NCBI GenBank assembly: GCA_036012755.1
Contig: DASCPX010000164.1
Span: forward strand, 1 to 35,179
Reading direction: 5' to 3'
Length of the DNA: 35,179 nucleotides
DNA from: Myxococcota bacterium
GTDB lineage: Bacteria; Myxococcota_A; UBA796; CAJQPC01
Under the pieces are notes generated by a model that was not told the DNA's origin, made no database searches, and was given only the letters and a program-made list of their open reading frames with translations. Position numbers and translations under genes: made by a program. Each line of letters begins with the position of its first letter. Position 1 is the stretch's first letter. Positions 16,530-26,130 of the stretch are shown here, in pieces.

Positions 16530-17941
16530 TCGAGCGGATCATCGTTCCGGCGCTGGAGGTGCCCGCTCGGCTCGACCGCTTCTGTGCCGTGGCGCTGGAG
16601 CGAATCCCGAGCCGCGCCTTCGCGCGCAAGGTCATCAAGCGCGGCGGCATCCTGCTCAACGGAGAGACGGTCGAGTCCAGCCGCTTCGTGCGGGAAGGCG
16701 ACGAGGTGGTCCTCGTCGACACCGGGAGACGGCCGGCGCGCGTCTTCGAGACCACCCTGCAGGTGCTCTTCGAAGACCGGCACCTCGCGGTCGTCGACAA
16801 GCCCGCTGGCATCCCGACCAGTGGCCTGAAGCACCGCACCCTGGAGCACGCGCTGCCGGCGAACCTGGAACCGAGCACCGAGCCTGACGCGCTCGAGCGG
16901 CCGCGGGTGGTCCACCGCCTGGACGTTCGGACCCAGGGGCTCGTGATCTGCGCAAAGACCGCCAGCGCCCAGGTCGCCCTCGGACGACTCTTCGAGCAGC
17001 GCCTGGTCTCCAAGCGCTACCGGGCGCTGTTGCTCGGCGCGCTGGCGGGCGAAGGCATCGTGGACTCCCCGGTCGCGGGAAGAACCGCCAGGACCCGGTG
17101 GCGAGCCGTGACGACGACCCCTTCGCTCACCCCGGGAGCTCTCACGACGGTCGACCTCTGGCCGGAGACGGGAAGGACCCACCAGCTGCGACGGCACATG
17201 GCGAGCCTCGGACACCCGATCCTCGGGGACGAGGCCTACACCTCGGGGAAGGTGCTCCGGCGGGCGGGGCTCTTCCTCGCTGCAATCGAGCTGGGGCTCC
17301 CACATCCGGTCGGCGGGAACCCCCTGCGCATCGAGCGCTCGGAGCCTGACAAGTTCACCGCCCAGAGGCGCCGGGAGCGACGCCGCTTCATGCGGCACGA
17401 CGCAGTTCGCTTGCTCGCGGATCACGAGGCCGTCGACGAGCTCGAAGCCGCGCACTTGGCCGCGGCCTCGGCCCTCTGCGGTGTGGACGACGACGCCTGC
17501 TCCCGCTCCCACTTCGAGCCTGGGCACTTCACGGCGAGCGCGATGGTGCTGTCGCCCGATGAGAGGGACGTCCTCCTCATCCACCACCAGAAGCTCGGGC
17601 GCTGGTTGCAGCCCGGGGGACACATCGAACCTTCGGACACCGGCTTCCTGGCCGCGGCGCGGCGCGAGGTCCTCGAAGAGACCGGCATCGCGGACCTCGA
17701 CGTGCTGGGACTGCTGGACGTCGACGTGCACGCGATACCGGCTCGCGAACCCGAGCCCCGGCACGAGCATCACGATCTGCGGTTCTTGTTCCGAGCCCAC
17801 TCTCGAGCGATGCATGCGGGGGACGGCGCGACCGACGCGCGCTGGTTCCCGCTCGATGGGGTCGATGGCTCTGATGAGTCCGTCTACCGGGCGATCAGGA
17901 AGATCATCCGCCGACGGGGTGGGGCACCGGCCGGTCGTTGA
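16526..17941 (+). CDS. RluA-family pseudouridine synthase (with S4 domain) fused to a C-terminal Nudix hydrolase (471 aa)
   Basis: ATGA overlap with the HAD gene. RLDRF..PSR S4-like segment, VDKPAG, HRLD, TGRTHQLR and GHPILGD..Y motifs, then GHFTAS...WLQPGGHIE...ARREVLEETG Nudix box in the same frame. Confidence 0.88.
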   Translation: MIERIIVPALEVPARLDRFCAVALERIPSRAFARKVIKRGGILLNGETVESSRFVREGDEVVLVDTGRRPARVFETTLQVLFEDRHLAVVDKPAGIPTSGLKHRTLEHALPANLEPSTEPDALERPRVVHRLDVRTQGLVICAKTASAQVALGRLFEQRLVSKRYRALLLGALAGEGIVDSPVAGRTARTRWRAVTTTPSLTPGALTTVDLWPETGRTHQLRRHMASLGHPILGDEAYTSGKVLRRAGLFLAAIELGLPHPVGGNPLRIERSEPDKFTAQRRRERRRFMRHDAVRLLADHEAVDELEAAHLAAASALCGVDDDACSRSHFEPGHFTASAMVLSPDERDVLLIHHQKLGRWLQPGGHIEPSDTGFLAAARREVLEETGIADLDVLGLLDVDVHAIPAREPEPRHEHHDLRFLFRAHSRAMHAGDGATDARWFPLDGVDGSDESVYRAIRKIIRRRGGAPAGR

Positions 17942-18818
17942 GGAAGGCCTCTACCGTGGTCGCGAGCTCAGCGGCCAGGGCCTGACCGAGTCCCTCGTGG
18001 TAGCCGGCGGCATGCGGCGTCAGCAGCACGTTGGGCCGCGCGGCGAGCTCGGCGAGGCGGGGCCAGGGTTCTTCCGGGAAGACATCGAGCCCGACCCGGA
18101 GCTCGCACTCGAGGAGAGCGTCGACGTCGACGAGGCGACCGCGGGCCGTGTTGATGAGCACCATCTCGGGCCGCATCGCGGACAGGATCTCGCGGGAGAG
18201 GAGGTTCTGCGTCGTCGGGTTGAGATCGCAGTGCAGGCTGATGACCGAGCACTCTTCGATGAGCTCGGCGAGCCCGCGGCTGCCCTTCATCCGAGGGTCG
18301 CTGACCAGGACACGAGCGCCCAGCGCCCGCCAGATAGAGGCGGCTCGAGCCCCGATGACGCCATGCCCAACGATCCCCACAGGCAGGCCGACCACCAGCT
18401 TCAGCGGTCGGGCAGGCAGCTCCCCACGCGCCCAGATCCCCTCCCGCGAGCGCGCGTGGAGAAAAGGGAGGTCCCGCAGGAGCGTGAGCGCCATCGCGAG
18501 CGAGGTGTCCACGACGGCGTCTCGACGAGCCAACGGGCATCGGGCCACGGTCACGCCCTGCCTCCTGCACGCGACAACGTCGATGTGTTCGTGTCCGGAG
18601 GTCGTGGTGACCACGAGCTTCAGCGCCCGAGCGCGGGCGAGCACGGCACCATCGACCCGGACCTTGGAGGTCAGCACGAGGATGTCGACCCCCTCGACGG
18701 GAGGCTGCTGTCCGACGTAGGCGGAGACGTGGAGCCCCAGCGCGCCGAGCCGCCTGCTCTCGTCGTCGAGCTGCTGCTGAGTCTCGTAGGCGCTGCGTCC
18801 CCACCGCAGCACCCTCAC
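17904..18818 (-). CDS. D-isomer-specific 2-hydroxyacid dehydrogenase family protein (304 aa)
   Basis: GTG 18818 overlaps the PfkB stop (GTGA). Motifs GHGVIG, LHCDLNPTT, INTARG, LDVFPEEP, LTPHAAG. The 3' end overlaps the convergent Nudix fusion gene by 38 nt. Confidence 0.88.
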   Translation of the reverse strand: MRVLRWGRSAYETQQQLDDESRRLGALGLHVSAYVGQQPPVEGVDILVLTSKVRVDGAVLARARALKLVVTTTSGHEHIDVVACRRQGVTVARCPLARRDAVVDTSLAMALTLLRDLPFLHARSREGIWARGELPARPLKLVVGLPVGIVGHGVIGARAASIWRALGARVLVSDPRMKGSRGLAELIEECSVISLHCDLNPTTQNLLSREILSAMRPEMVLINTARGRLVDVDALLECELRVGLDVFPEEPWPRLAELAARPNVLLTPHAAGYHEGLGQALAAELATTVEAFLNDRPVPHPVGG

Positions 18819-19687
18819 AAGAGATCCTCCGCCATCCTGCGGCACGCCGAGATCTCCAGCCGGGCGATCTCCGGTCGCGTGGCGGCGTAGGCGCCGCAAG
18901 CCATCGCGAACGCCGCGGCGCGCTCGGGCCCCTGGTCCAGCGCGTGGATCAGGCCTGCACAGAGCGCGTCCCCACAACCCACGGTGTGCACGACTTCCAC
19001 CTCTGGCGGGCGCAGCCGGATCCGTCGACCCCCGACGAGGAAGAGGGCCTCCCTCGGACCGTCCGTGACGACCACGTTGCGCGCGCCGCGGGTCTGCAGC
19101 TCCAGGACCGCGCGTTCGAGATCGAGTGCACCGAAGGTCTCGCGACACTCCCGCAGGTTGGGCTTCGCGAGGAAGACGTCGCCGGCATCCATGGCGGACT
19201 CCAGCGCGGCTCCTCGCGTGTCGAGGACCACCGGGACGCCGAGCTGGGACAGCCTCGCGTACACGTCGTCGCGCGGGGTCGAGCCACCCAGGATCATCAG
19301 CCTGGCCGGGAGGAGCGACTTCACGGTCGCGACCAGGGCGTCGACCTCGCTGTCCCGCAGGGTCGGCGGGGGGCCGTAGACGGTCGTGACGTGGCCGCCG
19401 TGGGTGACGGTGAAGCCGCGGCGGCTCTCGCCGCGGATCGGAAAGAGCCGGTGGGGCAGGTCCTCGCGCTCCAAGCACTCTTCGATCTCGCGTCCCGTCG
19501 CGCCCCCGATGCACGCGACGGCGAGCACATCGTGGCCGAGATCCCGCAAGGCCCGGGTGCAGTTGAGCGGCTTCCCGGTCGCGATGACCCTGGAGCGCCC
19601 GGCGGGACGGAACGCGCCACCGGCGTGGAAGCCGGGTTGGTCGAAGAGGTGCTCGACCATCGGGTTGACGGTGACGCTGAGGATCAC
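18815..19687 (-). CDS. PfkB/ribokinase-family sugar kinase, 1-phosphofructokinase-like (290 aa)
   Basis: MILSVTVNP N-terminus, GKPLN, KPNLRE, and TVGCGDA anion-hole motif. Confidence 0.88.
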   Translation of the reverse strand: MILSVTVNPMVEHLFDQPGFHAGGAFRPAGRSRVIATGKPLNCTRALRDLGHDVLAVACIGGATGREIEECLEREDLPHRLFPIRGESRRGFTVTHGGHVTTVYGPPPTLRDSEVDALVATVKSLLPARLMILGGSTPRDDVYARLSQLGVPVVLDTRGAALESAMDAGDVFLAKPNLRECRETFGALDLERAVLELQTRGARNVVVTDGPREALFLVGGRRIRLRPPEVEVVHTVGCGDALCAGLIHALDQGPERAAAFAMACGAYAATRPEIARLEISACRRMAEDLL

Positions 19688-19733
19688 AGGACGATTGTGC
19701 CTGGAGAAGAATCGGAAGGGGGGAGGTCAAAAA

Positions 19734-21170
19734 ATGGCAGGGGACCTCCATAGGCTGATTCCGACGGAGGACGACGTGGGTTTTCGATGTTCATGCGGTC
19801 GCTACGATCCCAAGGGTGTGGGGGCGTGCCGGTGCGGGCGCCACGATGGGTGGATGGAGGAGGGACGTACGCACCGGGACAAGACGCGCATCGGACAGCC
19901 CCGGCCGATCCCGATCACGGAGGTGCCGATGGACACGGGAGAGGTGCGCCTGCGTGTCGGCATGCCGGAGCTCGACCGCGCACTCGGGGGCGGCCTCGTC
20001 ACCGGTTCGCTGACTCTGTTGGGCGGAGATCCAGGTGTGGGCAAGTCCACCCTCCTGCTGATGGTCCTCGCCCGCTTCGCAGCGAGGGGGGTCCCCGTCC
20101 TCTACGTCTCGGGAGAGGAGTCCACGCGTCAGGTCCGCCTACGAGCGGAGCGGCTGGGGGTCTCGGAGGAGCGACTGTACCTCCTGCCGGAGACCTGCCT
20201 CGACACGGTGATGGAGGTCGCAGAGAGGCTGGGGCCCGCGGTGCTCGTGATCGACTCGGTCCAGACGATGGGCGCAAGGAACATGGACTCGGTCCCGGGC
20301 TCGGTGGGCCAGGTGCGCGCGGTCGCGACGCGGGCCATGGCGCTGGCCAAGGGCAAGGACATAGCTACCTTCCTGGTGGGTCACGTCACGAAGCAGGGCG
20401 GCATCGCGGGACCCAAGGCGCTCGAGCACCTCGTGGACACCGTGCTGTACTTCGAGGGGGACGGGCGCTCGTCGCTCCGGATCCTCCGAGCGACGAAGAA
20501 CCGCTTCGGAGCGACGGGAGAGCTCGGGTTCTTCGAGATGGCGGGGGATGGTCTGAGGGAGGTCCCGGACGCCTCCGCGCGCCTGCTACGGGAGCGGGTC
20601 GTGGGAGCACCGGGAACTGTGGTCGTAGCGGCACTGGAGGGAAGCCGACCCGTCCTCGCCGAGGTGCAGGCGCTGGTAGGGCGCCCCTCGGCGGGGACCC
20701 CGGGCCGTACAGCCCTCGGTCTCGACCGAGGCCGCCTCGGAATGCTCATGGCGGTGCTCGGCAAGGTCGGGCTCAGCCTCCACGATCGGGACGTCTTCGT
20801 CTCGGCGGCTGGGGGGCTCCGCATCGCCGAGCCGGCGGCGGATCTCGGAGTCGCCGTCGCACTGGCCAGCTCCATGCTGGATCGTGCCATCGATCCTGGA
20901 ACCCTGGTCTTCGGAGAGGTCGGGCTCGTCGGGGAGGTGCGAGCTGTCGCTCACCCGGGGCCCCGCCTGCTGGAGGCGCGACGCCACGGCTTCCGACGCG
21001 TGCTGGTACCCGCAGCGGCAGCCCGTGACACCCCGGAGGGGTTGGAGGTGGTGGGTGTGCGCTCCCTGCGCGAGGTCATCGATCTGGCCACTCGTCCCGC
21101 TCATGCAGCAAACCCGCTTGCCGTGCGCGACGGTGGGGGGTACGGGGCATCCCCAGCGGTCGCTGAATGA
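19734..21170 (+). CDS. radA: DNA repair protein RadA/Sms
   Basis: GGDPGVGKSTLL Walker A, YVSGEES, VIDSVQT, GHVTK, KNRFG signature and Lon-like C-terminus. Start is ATG 19734 (GGAGG at 19722) or GTG 19776 (GGAGG at 19766). Confidence 0.95.
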   Translation: MAGDLHRLIPTEDDVGFRCSCGRYDPKGVGACRCGRHDGWMEEGRTHRDKTRIGQPRPIPITEVPMDTGEVRLRVGMPELDRALGGGLVTGSLTLLGGDPGVGKSTLLLMVLARFAARGVPVLYVSGEESTRQVRLRAERLGVSEERLYLLPETCLDTVMEVAERLGPAVLVIDSVQTMGARNMDSVPGSVGQVRAVATRAMALAKGKDIATFLVGHVTKQGGIAGPKALEHLVDTVLYFEGDGRSSLRILRATKNRFGATGELGFFEMAGDGLREVPDASARLLRERVVGAPGTVVVAALEGSRPVLAEVQALVGRPSAGTPGRTALGLDRGRLGMLMAVLGKVGLSLHDRDVFVSAAGGLRIAEPAADLGVAVALASSMLDRAIDPGTLVFGEVGLVGEVRAVAHPGPRLLEARRHGFRRVLVPAAAARDTPEGLEVVGVRSLREVIDLATRPAHAANPLAVRDGGGYGASPAVAE

Positions 21171-21193
21171 CCGCTCATTCAGGGAGATCCGCC

Positions 21194-23017
21194 ATGAGCG
21201 CCACCGGCTACGACATCGACCTTCGCGACGTCAGCTTCGTCCTCTTCGAGCAGCTCGATGTACACGGGGAGCTCGGCTCGTACTCCCGCTACGAGGACTA
21301 CGATGTCGAGACCTACACGGCGATGATCGCAGAGGCCGCCCGCATCGCGGCCGAGGTCCTCTGGCCCTTGAACGGACCGGGCGACCGCCAGGGCTGCACC
21401 TTCCACGGCGGCGGCAAGGTGACCACGCCCGAGGGCTACCGTGAGGCCTGGAAGGTGCAGGCCGAGGGTGGCTGGGTCGGCTTCACCGCGCCCTTCGAGT
21501 ACGGCGGATGCAACCTGCCCGAGCCCGTCGCGATGGCGGTCGGAGAGATCCTGACGGGCGCCGGTCCGGCGATGTCGACCTTCGGGGGCCTGACCCGCGG
21601 AGCAGCGAACCTGCTGATGCACTACGGAAACGACTTCCTCAAGGAGACGTGCATCGAGCGCCTGAACACCGGCGAGTGGACAGGGACCATGTGCCTGACG
21701 GAGGCCGGGGCGGGCACGGACGTCGGCGCCAGCCGCACGAAGGCCGAGCCGACGGACACAGAGGGCCTCTTCCACCTGACGGGGGAGAAGATCTTCATCA
21801 GCTGCGGCGACCACGATCTCACCGACAACATCGTGCACCTCGTGCTCGCTCGGCTCCCGGACGCGCCCGGTGGGACCAGGGGCCTGAGCATCTTCGCCGT
21901 CCCCAAGCTGGGCTTCTCCGGTACTCCCCAGGAGGGCAAGCGCAACGGCGTCTACGTCGTCGGCATCGAGCACAAGATGGGCCTCAACGGTTCACCGACC
22001 TGCACCCTCGAGCTAGGCGGGAACGACCCCTGTCACGGCTACATCATCGGGCGTCCCGGCGACGGGATGCGCATCATGTTCCACCTCATGAACGAAGCCC
22101 GCATCGCCGTCGGGATCCAGGGGCTCAGCTCGGCCGCCCTGGCCTATGAGCAAGCCCGCGCCTTCGCCGCCGAGCGCGTCCAGGGCTCCTCGATCAAGAA
22201 CCTGAGGGACCCCAACGCGCCGAAGGTCACCATCGACAATCACCCTGATGTCCGGCGAATGCTGATGGACATGCGCGTGTCCGTGGAGCTCATGCGCTCG
22301 CTGCTGTACACGACGGCGCTGCGACTGACGATCGCAGAGAACACCGACGACGAGGACGTCTCCAAGGCCAAGCTCGCTCTCGTCGAGCTGCTCACCCCGA
22401 TCTGCAAGGGCTACTGCACGGACCTGGGCTTCGACGTGACCGTCACGGCTCTCCAGACCTTCGGTGGCTACGGCTACATCCAGGAGTACCCCGCCGAGCA
22501 GCACTGCCGGGACAGCAAGATCGCGTCTGTCTACGAGGGCACCAACGGCATCCAGGCCATGGACCTGCTGGGCCGCAAGATGCGAGCCCAGAACGGCATG
22601 GTCTTCATGAACTGGATGCAGCAGACCAACACCGAGATCGCGGCCGCCCGGGCGACCGGTGTGCTGGACGCCGAGTGTGATGCGGTCCAGAAGTCCGTAG
22701 GGTTCCTCGGCGCGGCGGCCATGCACCTGGGCAAGCTCGGCATGGAGGGGGACCTGGAGGGCGCGATGCTCCAGGCCACACCATTCCTCGAGCTCTTTGG
22801 TCTCGTCGTCCTGGGCGTGCACGCCCTGGAGCAGGCGCAGGTCGCCCACGTGCGCAGCCAGAACAACGCCGGCGACGCGGACTTCTACAAGGGCAAGATC
22901 CTGAACTTGAAGTGGTACTGCGCGACTCGGCTGCCGACGGCCGTCGCCCTCTCGAAGGCGATCCTGGCAAGCGACAACAGCTGCATGCACGAGACCCTCT
23001 TCGGCGAGCGCGCCTGA
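21194..23017 (+). CDS. Acyl-CoA dehydrogenase, long (~600 aa) type
   Basis: GTMCLTEAGAGTD, GEKIFIS, EHKMG, FGGYGY and YEGTNGIQAMDL motifs. GGGAG RBS before ATG 21194. Confidence 0.93.
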   Translation: MSATGYDIDLRDVSFVLFEQLDVHGELGSYSRYEDYDVETYTAMIAEAARIAAEVLWPLNGPGDRQGCTFHGGGKVTTPEGYREAWKVQAEGGWVGFTAPFEYGGCNLPEPVAMAVGEILTGAGPAMSTFGGLTRGAANLLMHYGNDFLKETCIERLNTGEWTGTMCLTEAGAGTDVGASRTKAEPTDTEGLFHLTGEKIFISCGDHDLTDNIVHLVLARLPDAPGGTRGLSIFAVPKLGFSGTPQEGKRNGVYVVGIEHKMGLNGSPTCTLELGGNDPCHGYIIGRPGDGMRIMFHLMNEARIAVGIQGLSSAALAYEQARAFAAERVQGSSIKNLRDPNAPKVTIDNHPDVRRMLMDMRVSVELMRSLLYTTALRLTIAENTDDEDVSKAKLALVELLTPICKGYCTDLGFDVTVTALQTFGGYGYIQEYPAEQHCRDSKIASVYEGTNGIQAMDLLGRKMRAQNGMVFMNWMQQTNTEIAAARATGVLDAECDAVQKSVGFLGAAAMHLGKLGMEGDLEGAMLQATPFLELFGLVVLGVHALEQAQVAHVRSQNNAGDADFYKGKILNLKWYCATRLPTAVALSKAILASDNSCMHETLFGERA

Positions 23018-23026
23018 GGGCGCCGG

Positions 23027-24193
23027 TCAGTACAAGAGCACGCTGTTACGGGCTTCGTCCCATGCCTCGCGGCTCCGATCCCAGTGCTCGACCAGGTCGC
23101 GCACCGGGATCGTGGTCTCGATGGCGGCGCGCCCCTCCGTGGAGCCACACAACAGGTCGATGGCGATGGGCTCGTCGACGAACTCGTAGGTCTCGGTCCG
23201 CCAGGCGAAGTTGTCGGGGTCGCACCGGCGGGCGGCTTCGATGACCACCCAGCCCAACAGGACTGCGTGAAGGGCGTGGCGGTTGTCGAGGTGCACCTCG
23301 ACGCCACCACAGACGACGCCGGCGTGCTTCTGGAACTGCGGGAGGAAGTCAGCGGCTCGGAATGCGACACCCTCGAGGCCGGCGTCCAGTGCCCCCTTCC
23401 GGCACATCGTGGCGAACTGTCCGGAGTCCAGCCATGGGGCACCGACGAGGTTGAAGGGCCGCGTGGTCCCGCGCCCCTCTGAGAGGTTCGTGCCCTCGAT
23501 GAGGCACATGCCCGGGTAGAGGATGGCCGTCTCGAGAGTAGGCATGTTCGGGCTGGGAAGCACCCACGGCAAGTCGCCCTCGTCGGAGTAGGTGTCCCGG
23601 TGCCAGCCCTCGCAGCGAATGACCTCGAGGGCACAGTCGATGCCGACGACTCGCTGGAAGTAGCGACCCAGCTCGCCCATCGTCATGCCGTGGCGAGTCG
23701 CGAGCGGGTAGGCCGAAACGAAGCTCTCGAAGCCCGGCGCTACGACGTTGCCCTCGACGCTCACCCCGTCGATCGGGTTGGGCCTGTCCAAGACGACGAC
23801 CCGGGTACCGGTCCCAGCGGCGACCTCCATGACGAAACCGAGGGTCGCCTGGTAGGTGTAGTAGCGACTGCCGATGTCCTGGATGTCGAAGACGAGGACG
23901 TCGAGGTCGTCGAGGGTCTCGGGCGGCGGGCGCAGGCTGTCCTCGGAGTCCCCGTAGAGAGAGACGCAGCCGTCCGGACCGTCCGCTCCCGCCACGCCGA
24001 TCATGTCCTGGGCGGTAGCGGCGACCCCGTGCTCGGGGCCGAAGAGCCGGGTCAGCACGACCCCCGCGCCCGAGAGCAGCTCGATGGCGTGGCGGTAGCT
24101 CCTGTCAACCGCGGTTGGGTTGCAGCAGAGGCCGACGCGTGCGCCGCGCAGGCTTGAGGGGTCGTCCAACAGGACCTCGAGGCCACTGCGCAT
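23027..24193 (-). CDS. namZ: DUF1343 family exo-beta-N-acetylmuramidase NamZ
   Basis: FGPEHG, FDIQDIGSRYYTY, LDRPNP, RHGMTMGE, PSPNMP and SEGRGTT motifs. No signal peptide. Start is ATG 24193 (GGAG 6 nt upstream) or 24199. Confidence 0.88.
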   Translation of the reverse strand: MRSGLEVLLDDPSSLRGARVGLCCNPTAVDRSYRHAIELLSGAGVVLTRLFGPEHGVAATAQDMIGVAGADGPDGCVSLYGDSEDSLRPPPETLDDLDVLVFDIQDIGSRYYTYQATLGFVMEVAAGTGTRVVVLDRPNPIDGVSVEGNVVAPGFESFVSAYPLATRHGMTMGELGRYFQRVVGIDCALEVIRCEGWHRDTYSDEGDLPWVLPSPNMPTLETAILYPGMCLIEGTNLSEGRGTTRPFNLVGAPWLDSGQFATMCRKGALDAGLEGVAFRAADFLPQFQKHAGVVCGGVEVHLDNRHALHAVLLGWVVIEAARRCDPDNFAWRTETYEFVDEPIAIDLLCGSTEGRAAIETTIPVRDLVEHWDRSREAWDEARNSVLLY

Positions 24194-24225
24194 CAGCATC
24201 TCCGACCAAGGCGAGGCGAGGCGGC

Positions 24226-24239
24226 GGATGGTATCATCG
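24226..24239. promoter_or_regulatory. Candidate bidirectional extended -10 promoter between namZ and the LamG lipoprotein gene
   Basis: Plus strand TGG-TATCAT (24229-24237) and minus strand TGA-TACCAT (24236-24228) overlap at a shared TA. Confidence 0.5.
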
Positions 24240-24260
24240 TCACTTCTCGGCGGAGCTCAC

Positions 24261-24935
24261 GTGACCCTGCTGCTCTCTGTGATCGCCTGCAACGGCAGCA
24301 TCAACACGGGCCAAGATGGTGACTTCGCCCTCGCCTTCGATGGCGGAGGGTGTGTCGAGGTGCCGGTGGATGTCGGGGCTCGAACGGAAGACCTCAGCAT
24401 CGAGGCCTTCGTCCGCGGGGCGGTCGATGCCGACCTGGGCCACAAACCCATCGTGATCTGGCGGAGCGTCTTCGCGCTCGTCGACACCGATGACGGCCGC
24501 ACGTGGTTCGGCGAGGACGACCTGGACGAAGGCGACGGAGTCTTCGACGTCGTCGGCATCATGGATGGCAAGTCCCACCACGTGGCCGGGACCTGGGCCA
24601 GCGACGGCAAGATGCGGCTCTTCGTGGACGGCCAGCTCATCGGATTCCAGACGAGCTCGCCAGGGACCGTGATCGGAGACACTATCCAGATAGGTTGCTG
24701 GACCGATCTGGCCGCGGGCTTCGAGGGCACCCTCGACGAGGTGCGCCTGTCCTCGAGCATCCGCTATGAAGACACCTTCGAGGCCTCCTTCGAACCCTTC
24801 GAGGTGGACGAGTCCACGACCGCGCTGTGGCACATGGACGAGGGCGAGGGCGACACCCTGGTCGATGCCACTGGCAACTACGACGGCGTCGTCTACGACA
24901 CCGAGTGGGTGGCCGCAGGAGGGAGCGAAGACTGA
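24261..24935 (+). CDS. LamG/concanavalin A-like domain lipoprotein (224 aa)
   Basis: GTG 24261 with GGAG RBS. MTLLLSVIAC. Motifs ALAFDG, HHVAGTW...LFVDG, FEGTLDEVRLS, ALWHMDEGEG. Confidence 0.85.
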   Translation: MTLLLSVIACNGSINTGQDGDFALAFDGGGCVEVPVDVGARTEDLSIEAFVRGAVDADLGHKPIVIWRSVFALVDTDDGRTWFGEDDLDEGDGVFDVVGIMDGKSHHVAGTWASDGKMRLFVDGQLIGFQTSSPGTVIGDTIQIGCWTDLAAGFEGTLDEVRLSSSIRYEDTFEASFEPFEVDESTTALWHMDEGEGDTLVDATGNYDGVVYDTEWVAAGGSED

Positions 24936-25384
24936 TGCTGTTGTGGACCCTCGCGGCCTGCGCCGGTCGGGCGCCGGGCTCCGCGCCCGACGAGCCGCCG
25001 CCTGAGGTCACAGAGGCCCCCGCCCCGCCCCCACCCGAGGCCACGGCGGCCGAGCCCGTGAGTCATCCAGTCGTGGCGACATGGACCAGTGGTCCCTGCG
25101 GCGACCGCGGCTACCCGCGAGAGCTCACCTTCACTCCGGACTTCCGGTACGTTGGCCGCGACCTCGTCGCGCCCTGCCCACCCGACGTCACCTGCATCTG
25201 GGATGGCGTCATCGAGTTCGGCGGCAGCTGGTCCGACGACGGGCCGATGCTGACGCTCGTGGAAGAAGAGCTCAGCGACGACGGTGAGGGAGCCCCGCGG
25301 CCAGGCCAGCTGCGGCGCACTCAGTCCGGTCACCTCACCGAGACGATCGGGGACGAGACCTGCGGCTACGAGAGAGCCGACTGA
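24935..25384 (+). CDS. Hypothetical lipoprotein (149 aa)
   Basis: TGATG overlap. MLLWTLAAC, Pro-rich linker, then a small beta-rich domain with four Cys (CGDRGYPR, PCPPDVTCIW). Confidence 0.7.
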   Translation: MLLWTLAACAGRAPGSAPDEPPPEVTEAPAPPPPEATAAEPVSHPVVATWTSGPCGDRGYPRELTFTPDFRYVGRDLVAPCPPDVTCIWDGVIEFGGSWSDDGPMLTLVEEELSDDGEGAPRPGQLRRTQSGHLTETIGDETCGYERAD

Positions 25385-26130
25385 GACTCCAGTTGGACCA
25401 GCTGCCGGAACGCCGAGTGTAGGGATTCCCCGACATCACCTCCACCGATCTCGGCCCCGTCGAGCGTCAGGACCGGCGAGAGCTCCTTGAGCGTGGAGGC
25501 GAGGTACAGCTCCTCGAAGTCCGCATCGGCCGGCACCACACCGACCCGCATCTGCAACCCCGCCCGGGCCGCCGCGTCCAGCATGGACCGACGCGTCACG
25601 CCGTCCAGCAGACGGCCGTCTGCCACGGGGGTCACCAGCACACCGTCGAGCACGGCGATGACGCTGCTCCGGTTTGCCTCGAGGATCTCGCCGTCGGCGA
25701 CGAAGAGGACCTCGTCCACGCCGAGCTTCTCAGCCGACAGGACCCACGCCGCGCGGCTGCCGTGCTTCACCGAACCCCGCAGGTAGGGGCTGGGAAGTAC
25801 GGGCAGACGTGCACAATGCACACCTCGGCCCGTCCGGTCGGGGTCCACGCTGGCCGCCTGGACGACCCGGATCCCGCCAGCTGTGAGAGTGACCCGGATC
25901 CAGACGTCCGTCTCGAGCAGCGCATGGACGTCCTCGAGCACGGCCGCGGTCGGACAGTCGATGCCCATCTCCGCAGCCGATGCCTCCAGGCGAGCCATGT
26001 GCGCAGCCAGTCGGAAGGGGATCCGGCCATAGGTGCGCATCGTGTCGAAGCAGACGAGACCGCGAAGGAAGCCGGGATCGTCCGCCGGTATACAGCTTCT
26101 TTCCTCGCCATTGACGAGGCAGCGTTTCAT
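25366..26130 (-). CDS. PLP-dependent class IV aminotransferase (IlvE/PabC/D-alanine transaminase family, 254 aa)
   Basis: G..CFDTMR, HMARLEASA, active-site K in VKHGSR, ILEANRSSV, LLDGVTR and ELYLAST motifs. Confidence 0.88.
   Translation of the reverse strand: MKRCLVNGEERSCIPADDPGFLRGLVCFDTMRTYGRIPFRLAAHMARLEASAAEMGIDCPTAAVLEDVHALLETDVWIRVTLTAGGIRVVQAASVDPDRTGRGVHCARLPVLPSPYLRGSVKHGSRAAWVLSAEKLGVDEVLFVADGEILEANRSSVIAVLDGVLVTPVADGRLLDGVTRRSMLDAAARAGLQMRVGVVPADADFEELYLASTLKELSPVLTLDGAEIGGGDVGESLHSAFRQLVQLESQSALS

Noticed and set aside
17904..19751. 615-aa ORF suggesting a long N-terminal extension on the 2-hydroxyacid dehydrogenase
   Set aside because: The extension is an alternative frame over the PfkB gene. 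GTG 18818 overlapping the PfkB stop gives a normal-length enzyme.
24210..24227. GGCGA-GGCGA-GGCGG short tandem repeat
   Set aside because: Too short and GC-rich to distinguish from chance.
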